Assembly (NCBI GenBank): GCA_965153285.1 | Contig: OZ229114.1 | Strand: one strand, 5' to 3' | Length of the DNA: 64,000 nucleotides | DNA from: Podarcis tiliguerta | Lineage: Eukaryota | Part shown: piece after piece, positions 55,571 through 64,000 of the stretch | Position numbering within the stretch: the stretch's first letter is position 1 | Layout of the letters: every line of letters begins with the position of its first letter | The notes under the pieces: generated by a model | Seen by the model: the letters and a program-made list of their open reading frames with translations, nothing else | Database searches by the model: none | Told to the model about the DNA's origin: nothing | Translations under genes and position numbers: made by a program

Positions 55571-56543
55571 TTATTATTCTAAGACAGAGCTGTGTTCACA
55601 CTCTCGTTTACCATGTTCTCCCTGCTCTTCTGGTGTGGGGTATTTAATCCGTGTTCACATGAAGTTATAAAAAATGCACATGTATCCTGAACATTGCTTC
55701 TCAAACTGGCTTCACACTGATTGGAGTCCTTCAGCCTTTCCTAACTCATCTCTAGCCAAAATGTGAATACTATTGCACAGGGTAGAAATAATATCTGCTC
55801 CATTGACCTCCCTGCCCCCACCTGATGTGCACACAAACAGAAAAGAATTTGACACTAATAAAGCCATGCTGATGTGAAAAGCTGGGGGAGGGCAGGGAAC
55901 TGCAAAACCGCTCTCTAAGTCCAGAGTGTAAGATCTGCAAAGTAGTGGGGCATTTTTACAGTGGTGAAGGGTTCCTGATTGCATGGAGAGCTGCCTATGC
56001 GTATACATTTGGAAATGCATAGGTTTGTTTCGGAAAGTGACATGAATTCCTGAGGGTTGAGAGGGCAAAGACTGTCAGCACAATGTTGTTGTCTTCTACT
56101 TACATGCACCGAGGCTGCATAAATCAAATGCCTGGAAAGGATTCCAGGAGTGATAGAAATGTATTTTTTCCAGCATACAGCTAGAGGTGGGTTGGGGGTG
56201 GGAATGATTCTACAACTTTGCAGCAAATGCCAGCTGCAAAAAGTGCTACTTGGCTATCCTGCTCATGACATCTCTAATATTATGTCTGCCTGCATCCCAA
56301 GACCGAGTGTGCTCTCAGGCTGATGCAGGGCTGCTCTTTGGGCACTTAATTGCTAGAGTCAAGAGTACATAGGTGCATTTTGAGAAATGTCCACATTGGG
56401 ACACCACCAGCACTTTAAACTGTGTCTGGAAATGAACTGGAAGTCACAGGAGTTATTTCAGCAGGTCACCTACTCTCAGTAGGCTGACCCTGGTCACCAC
56501 ACTCTAGGCCATAGATGTCACATGCAACAATCCAGTTGTGATG

Positions 56544-57060
56544 TCTCTTCTCTCTCTCTTGGCGATCACTTGTAGACAAGTAAGATAGTCTTCCATGGAT
56601 GCAGTTTTAGCGGTATGTCCGTAAATGACTGTGGAGGCCCATTCTGGATCCACACATCCTTCCAGAGTGGGGACATAGGTTTCCAGGCGGGAGTTGATCA
56701 CAATGAGGATTTGCCAAGCATGCCTTGTTTTTAACTCATTTCTCCCTTTCGTCCTGAATTCATGCTTCTTTAAAATCCATGACACCTTTAGTAGAAGCTA
56801 TTCTCCAGTTGTAGCACTTGCAAGCCAGTGTTTCCCAATTATTGGTGTTTTATACTACATTTTTTTTTAGTGTCTTTAAAACTCTTTTGTTGTCCAACGG
56901 TGTTTCACTTTCCATTCTTAAGTTGGGAACAGAGTAGTTGCTTTGGAAGACGATAATCAGGCATCCGAACAACATGAGCAGGCCAACAAAGTTGATGTTG
57001 AAGAATCATTGCTTCGACCCTGGTGATCTTTGCTGCTTCCAGTATACTGACATTTGTTCT
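56544..57060 (-). mobile_element. RTE-clade LINE 3' fragment
   Basis: Minus-strand peptides LCWPAHVVRMPDYRLPKQLLCSQL, GQQKSFKD, WETLA and the C-terminal CPHSGRMCGSRMGLHSHLRT (RTE C-terminal Cys/His motif). Confidence 0.8.
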
Positions 57061-58821
57061 CCTGTCTTCCCAAGTTATATGTAAAGGTTTTTGGAGACAC
57101 TGTGATGTAGTTATGTCACATGTGTCAAATACCAGAAATTGCTTGATTACAGTGTGCCCTCTTCACTCTCCTCATTCCATGCAGCTGGGGCAGGTCCACA
57201 CTGAAAAGGGTTTCTGCCACCATCATATCTAGTCTAGTATATGATTTGTAAAAATGTCTGATTCTGTTTGGAGGAAACAAGAGGCTTTAAAAGTATTTCC
57301 TTGTCGGGATCATAAAATAAGTGTGGCAGTGGTTCACCTCTACTTAGCACATAGAACAAAAGCTGCCCTTTGAGGATCAGAAAAGCAGCCCAGATGGGTT
57401 GCCATTTTAATCTGACTGGTTGAAAGTGGCGTTGTCCCATTTAGCTATTACGGTGGTGCTGTTCTCCTACTGCTAGGCAGTACTTTTTTCCCTAGGAAAA
57501 TAGGTGTTGGTACTCAACATGACGTTTTTACGGTAAGTGCCACGTTTTTTAACAACAACAAAAAGAGGAGTCGTACTGGATACCAGTGAGTACCCCCTGA
57601 AGAAAAAGCACAGCTGCTACGCAAGCTGACACATCAAATCATGTTGCAATCTGTCTTTGCTCTGGGATAGAAAGTGTATACCTTAAACCTGTCTTAGAGG
57701 AATGAATCTCACACTAAAAGGTAATGATATTCTTCATCATAAGATGTACAAGGATTTCAGAGTTTGAAAAGGAAGTGCAATCATTGGCTAGGGCAGATAC
57801 TTGTTTGAAGCCGAGTATAATGCCTCCCATTTAAGGATGAATGTGCCTTTAACACTGACAAACAGAAATTGACAAATGTTTCCTGGGGTCTTGTGTCCAG
57901 TTCCAAAAGCACCATTATTACTGAGTCACAAGACATATGCACTTGACTATGACTATATAAACAGTCAAGAGATTATTGCAAGACATTCATCTTGGGGCAA
58001 ATGTTTTCTTGTGGCTGTCACATTTTCTGTCTCCTTTCTTGTACTCCCTGGCTATGAATTGAATTTGCAAGAAATATATGTGTGTATCTATTTCTTGCTC
58101 CTAAAATATAGTCAATTACACAGTCTTTTCACAGGAGTAAATAATAATAAGCCAGGAATATTCATTCTCCCATTTATGAAACATTTCATCTGTTTCTATT
58201 CAAGAGCAGACAAAATAGTAGAAAAGCCTTCGCAAATTGGTAACAATTAAATTGTGGCCTCCAACACAGCTTCAGAAGAAGAAATCTGCTTTCCCTACCA
58301 CCTCTTCATTTGAAGTTTGATCGTTTCAGGAATGAGAAACAATTTCAATAAATTCTTTCCAGCATGAGAATTATCTGCATTGAAAAGATTACTTGTTTGA
58401 CTTTCAGCTGAATTACAGCTCTTAAAACAAGACCTCCTGGGGATAACGGACAGCTGATTTAATTTTTAATCAGCATTTAAAAGCCTTTTTATTCTTGTAA
58501 GTTGAGCCCATTTTCATTAATTTGAATAACAAGCACCTCCAAAAAGCAAAAGGTCTTTAAACATTTGGAAGCACACACAAGTCTCAGGATTGGGGAGGCA
58601 CAGACGTCCTTTTCACTGTTTGTCACTATAATGTCACACAGAAAGATCAGCTGTCTCATCAGTGCTTAGTAATTTACACTCACGGCTTCCATCAAGAGTA
58701 TTTTTTTGAAGAAAAACCTTTTTATTGAAAGCCCAATAAGGAATATAAATATACAAATATAGCACTGTCAACATAAATACGTGTAATGGCCTTTGTAGCA
58801 ATATCATTGCAAGCCCAGCTA

Positions 58822-59036
58822 CAGTGGTACCTGTGGTTAAGAACTTAATTCGTTCCAGAGATGTGTTCTTAACCTGAAACCGTTCTTAACCTGAGGTACC
58901 ACTTTAGCTAATGGGGCCTTCCGCTGCAGCCACACGATTTCTGTTCTCATCCTGAGGTAAAGTTCTTAACCCGAGCTACTACTTTCGGGTTAGCGGAGTC
59001 TGTAACCCGAGGTGTTTGTAACCTGAGGTACCACTG
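58822..59036. mobile_element. Tigger-like MITE (reverse orientation to 7711 and 18239)
   Basis: TA-flanked CAGTGGTACC...GGTACCACTG. Confidence 0.88.
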
Positions 59037-59889
59037 TAATTGGTTAGGCTACCTAACCTAGACATTTATATACAAATAATGTGGTAAAATCTCAACGTCA
59101 TGGAAATTTCAAGAGCCAAAAGTAAGAATATGGTGGAAGATGTCCATAGTCTACAATGTTTGTAAATATAATAAAGCTGAGGAGATTTCACCCCTCCCAT
59201 CTCCAAGAATCTGCTGATGAGTCTGGTGATTTTCCAGAGAGGAGGGGCAGTATTCTGCTCTCTACTTATTCCGCTCCAGCCTAACATCAGTCAGTCAGTC
59301 AGTCAGTGTGTCGGAGAGAGAAAGACTGTTAGAGATTGTGTGTATAGATAAGGTTGCTGCTAAGAGCAGCTGCAGACACTCAGTGCAGTTCAGCATTCAT
59401 TTATGTTCAGACCTCATTTAGCTCTGTACATAGTTGTGTATTATAGTTGTAGATAGAATAAAAGAAGATATTCTACAGAGCTGCTCTCCGAGTTGTTTAT
59501 GCTCTGCTATACTCTGCTATACTCTGCTGTGCGATGACTGTCTTCTTGTGGGAGTGAATCCGGTGCTCACAACACTAAGCTGTGAGTCCACAGCACTTTG
59601 ACCTGTTCCTGTGCAGAAGGTGGTCTCTGGAAGTGCTACCCAGCTTGCCTAGCCCAGTCAGGGTTGAAGCGGATGAGTCCAGTTAGTGGCACTGGCTTAA
59701 GGGCGATGCTGACATATTGCCATATTGCAAAGAAAGATTCAGAGACCCTACACCTTTATGAACTGTATTTGATGTGGTGTGTGAGCACTGGGGTATAGTT
59801 AAGTTGATACAAGGTTTTTTGTTTTTTAAAAAATGCTTCTAGAAAAATATATGCCTCTATATCTGAATAATTTGGGACAAATTACTATG

Positions 59890-60236
59890 TGGATGCGGGT
59901 GGTGCTGTGGGTTAAACCACAGAGCCTAGGGCTTGCCACTCAGAAGGTCGGCAGTTCGATGACGGGGTAAGCTCCCATTGCTCAGTCCCAGCTCCTGCCA
60001 ACCTAGCAGTCTGAAAGTACATCAAAGTGCAAGTAGATAAATAGGTACCGCTCCGGCGGGAAGGTAAACGGTGTTTCCATGAACTGCTCTGGTTCGCCAG
60101 AAGTGGCTTAGTCATGCTGGCCACATGACCCAGAAGCTGTACACCGGCTCCCTCGGCCAATAAAGTGAGAGGAGCACCGCAACCCCAGAGTCGTCCGCGA
60201 CTGGACCTAATGGTCAGGTGTCCCTTTACCCTTACT
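59890..60236 (+). mobile_element. Full-length Sauria SINE inserted in the L1 relic
   Basis: Head through cctttacc tail; TSD ttactatg at 59882-59889 and 60237-60244. Confidence 0.92.
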
Positions 60237-60537
60237 TTACTATGCCTCATGGCATGCAGCTTATTTTGCACATCTGGTTTTATATTAATATACCTAGATT
60301 CTGACTTCTCATAGTTTATGTGGATTCCCACTGAAGCTCCATAACTATATAACAACAACTCCTCCTCCTCCTCCTCCTCCTCCTCCTCCTCCTCCTCCTA
60401 TGATAATTCCCCTATGAGATCTTGCATTATAGGTGCATTCTTGTCTGCATGCAGTTTTAAAAGGTGCTCATTGCCCTCCACCATGAAACCACTGGTTTTC
60501 ATGTTATTTCTTAGCACCATAGACAAGGGCTCTAGAG

Positions 60538-60674
60538 CAGGCATAGGCAAACTCGGCCCTCCAGATGTTTTTGGCCTACAACTCCCATGATCCCTAGCTA
60601 GCAGGACCAGTGGGCAGGGATGATGGGAATTGTAGTCTCAAAACAGCTGGAGGGCTGAGTGTGCCTGTGCCCTG
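60538..60674. mobile_element. Palindromic hAT MITE with an 8-bp TSD
   Basis: CAGGCATAGGCAAAC...; TSD ctctagag at 60530-60537 and 60675-60682. Confidence 0.9.
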
Positions 60675-61673
60675 CTCTAGAGAGAAGGGGTAGAGCAGCA
60701 GGGAAAGCAGCTCTGCCTTGTCCCATGAAGTTGCGTCCAAGGAATTTGTTCAGCCTCATTGCCTTTGAAGACTGCCATAGCTGAGCTATTCCCCTACAAA
60801 ACTTACTTCCCATTTGAGAAAACCCAATAATTTATGCAAGAACTGCCATTCCAAACAATCAACTGCTTTCTGGGAATCTACTGTGACCAGTGTTAGGGTT
60901 TGATTGTTTGTTTTTTCCGATGATGATAAATAACATGAAGAAAATGAGCAACCTGGGGTGAAGCCTATATGATCTGTGTATACAGTGGATGGAACAATTT
61001 GATTTAGCCTGGGAATCAAAATGGATATAGATAACTTTTGATCTTGACTGAGAAGAGAAATTGGGTGATATGATCCCAATTTCTATGATTTCCAACCAAG
61101 CTTCAGAGGGTCTTAAGTTAATAATTAGCTACTAACTTCAATGGGTCTACTCTGAGTATCTTAGATACAACTGGAAGTACTGTGATGTGAAACCAGCAGC
61201 ATATTGCATGGATTAGTCCACTTTCCCAGTAAATGAGGAAATAACTTAGATATATATATCTCTCTCACTGAAGCCACATGGGCCTGGTATTTTATTGCCA
61301 GTCAGCTTAGTGATTGCCTGCTTGATTTCATCTCCAGGGATTCCTGATTAAGAAACTCTTTGTTCATCAGTTAGAAATAGCTAAGGCACTGAGATATTCC
61401 TTTGTTTCCCCCTCTGTTGGATTTTTAGATTGATAATAACGATCAACAAGCATTTTAAAAATGATTTTCAAGTTTTTTTGTTATAGTGCCGTTCATCTTA
61501 TGCTTAGTATATTTTATTTATTTATGTTTTAAAGCATTTACTAGTAACTTGAATTTTTATGTCCATACTCATAGAATTTTCACTTCAAAGATAAACCGAA
61601 TTTAGCAATCCTTTTGGTCCCCATAGCTTCCACTTCATTCCCCTTAATAGTCAGCTTTTTACATATTTTACAG

Positions 61674-61941
61674 AAGGGGACACCAACCTATTGCCCATGG
61701 GCTGGAAGCGGCCAGCGGAGGTCATTTGACCAGCCCACAAGCCACCCCTGAACCGAACCGCCCACTTGCACGCTGCACTAAACCGGCACAGTGCGACACA
61801 GGGACTTGCTTCTGTGGCGCCGGAAATCACAGGCGCACACATGCAGACACCGGAAATTGCAGGCGTGCTCGCAATCTAGCCCACGGAGGGATCTCCACGG
61901 GTCTGATCCAGCCCAGGCAAGATAAACCTTGCCAACCCCTG
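61674..61941. mobile_element. hAT non-autonomous element
   Basis: Imperfect TIRs ending in ...CAACCCCTG; TSD ttttacag / ttttatag. Confidence 0.75.
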
Positions 61942-62867
61942 TTTTATAGCATCCAATTAGTTTAAATGTTTGTTTCAAATGTATCATTTGAGAGGGCTTA
62001 CTTGATAGTGCATTAGTTTTCTCTGCATGTCTCCCCTTGTAACATGTGAACTTTGATCAAAGTTTTCATTGCCCCGTAGCAAATCCAATCCTGGATTTAA
62101 TTCAAAACATTGTATAATTGTTTTGAACATATTTAAAAATAAATTCCTGGGAAGATTTGTATTACTATATAAAAGCCCTCTCTTTTCAGATGCTACATAT
62201 GCAGTTCATGGGTGATATTCATCACTGGTCATACTCAGAGCAGACCCTCTCGAAACAATGGACATTACGTCAATGGATCTACTCTTGAGCAGGGCCGGAT
62301 TTAGATGAAGAGAGGCCCTAGGCTACTCCACTTGTGAGGCCCCTTCCCATTCCCCACCCTCACAACTAGAAGAAAATGAAAGAGTGTTATGAACAAAATT
62401 AAGTGAAGCCAAGGATGATGACGGGTATTTAAAATTCTACAATTCACAATTTCTTCTCTAAAGGACATAAGATATTATTGTTAAATACCATGCTGAGACT
62501 GTAAGCATCGAGACTGTAAGCACCAGGTATGATCCACTGTCCCTCACGTATTCAGTAAATGATGCTTCATGGATGTTGTGTGTTTCATGTGCAGATAGCT
62601 ATGGCGGTCTGCTGACTGCAATTCTCACCATTCACTGGGATCCCAAGTGGGAACGTTTATGTTTCAGGATATTTATGTAGTTCGCCAAGGAGTGTTCACA
62701 TTCACTGAATTTTTGAAATTCACTGTAATATATATTAAATATTATGATAATGCATGTTTATGTAAAATCATTATAAGACCATAAAGGGAAAGACGCAATT
62801 TGAGATTCATGCTTTTCAGTTCAGGATATGGATGCAATTAAGTCAAAGTTACACTAATGATTTATAT

Positions 62868-63012
62868 TCAGGTAGGTAGCCATGTTGGTCTGAAGCAGTT
62901 GAAAGATATATAAAAGGTCCAGTAGCACCTTAGAGAAAAACTATTTGTTCTTGACATAAGCATTCGTGTGCATTCACACTTCTTCAGATACACTGAAACA
63001 TAAGTCACCAGA
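62868..63012. mobile_element. Older Penelope-like fragment with a degenerate hammerhead motif on the minus strand
   Basis: Homologous to 32896-33023. The minus strand reads CTGAAGAAGTGTGAATGCACACGAATGCTTA. Confidence 0.7.
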
Positions 63013-64000
63013 CTGTTTATATGTCACTCATCTGACTGGGTTGCCTCAGACAGTCTGGGTGGCTTCCAACAAATTAAAACATCAAACACCGTAAAACACC
63101 AAACATTAAAAACTTCCCTATACACTGTCCCATTAAGGATAGTGGGGAGATCTAAGCACATGTTTGCAACTCCTTTTGAAATCAAGAAGACTTACATTGT
63201 CACCCTACACCTGCCAGCTTGCAAGGAAGTCCCACTGAATTCACTCCCAGGTATGTGGATAAAGGACTTTGCTGATTCTCGCCCAATTGTGTTACTTAGT
63301 ATCATGCTTGACAGAGTCTTCTCAACCATTAACTTATTCAGCACATTGCAATGAAATGATTAAATGCATTCTACACATCAGTGTTCAGGAATCTTTGATC
63401 TTTTCTCAAATAAAGTCAGGAACTGAACTGACAATATACTGTGAGCTGTTTTGAAATGAAGAGTAAACTCTATCCCCTAACCCCCCCCCCCACAACAACC
63501 CACCAACAGCCTGTTTTAAATTAAAACAAGAACTAGTTTTCCCAGGACATGTGATCTTTAATTTATAAAGGTCCTGACTTTCTTATCAGGTGACATTAAT
63601 GGGATCATTGACCTGTATCAAAAGGGGTAGGAAAAAATCCTGCACATGCTTGTATTTGGTGAAGCCAATAGACTTCTACCGTATCTTACCCCAGAGACGA
63701 CACTAGCTTGGTTTAGCCTTAATATCTATAGGCAGCCTGATAAAAGGAAATGTTTGATGTTGCTCCCAGAATGGAATGATGTTTCAATTACTGTAATAAT
63801 AGCTTTAAGCAATTTAAGCTAGTTCTGAAGCTCTACATATTTTTAAACATCTTATAAGCTCCGGCCAAGAGGCTCTGACCATGCCAAGCAGTGAGACCAG
63901 TTTCCCAGGCTCTTTAGAAATCGTCTGGGTGACTTATAATTTTGCGGCATATATAAATATACGGGTATTTACATAATTGTTTTGTTCTTTTTTCTGGCCT

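Larger units (their letters stand above)
59820..61085 (-). mobile_element. L1/Tx1-like reverse transcriptase relic with nested insertions
   Basis: Ordered RT motifs on the minus strand: SYHPISLLSQDQK..RL..GFTPG; DSQKAVDCLEWQFL; LKLHADK (decayed YADD); G..INYEKSE; FRYRGIYF. Confidence 0.8.

Noticed and set aside
62290-62720. Possible hAT transposase remnant after a CAGGGCCGG terminus
   Set aside because: Only one terminus-like end is visible, and I could not read any transposase motif in translation.
20000-64000. A second host gene or novel multi-gene system downstream of TMEM26
   Set aside because: Every protein-like segment I could recognise is retroelement-derived. Short exons of a lncRNA or a distant gene cannot be excluded without RNA data.

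Overview
This is vertebrate genomic DNA, most likely from a lacertid lizard: it carries Sauria- and Squam-type SINEs, lacertid-type L2/L1/CR1/RTE LINE relics, and many Tigger- and hAT-like MITEs. The only supported protein-coding gene is a complete six-exon TMEM26 on the + strand: CDS join(374-564, 5941-6019, 13270-13362, 16085-16305, 18609-18685, 19495-19913) = 1080 nt, 359 aa. All five introns are GT-AG with consistent phases. Exons 3 and 5 are missing from the supplied ORF track and were found by reading the sequence. The remaining ~43 kb downstream is a gene-free, repeat-rich interval with candidate CTCF sites and candidate conserved non-coding elements. The most notable unexplained structure is a probable ~4.3 kb inversion (about 28858-33188). 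It splits one Sauria SINE, and the Penelope-like hammerhead-ribozyme palindrome it inserted into, into two oppositely oriented halves that still share a target-site duplication. Other observations: degenerate hammerhead ribozyme motifs, a hAT-like MITE carrying a captured L2 tail (two copies), a near-perfect intronic hairpin, and three overlapping splice donors at exon 4. I found no evidence of a new multi-gene system. Repeat family names come from recognition of the sequence, not from a database search.
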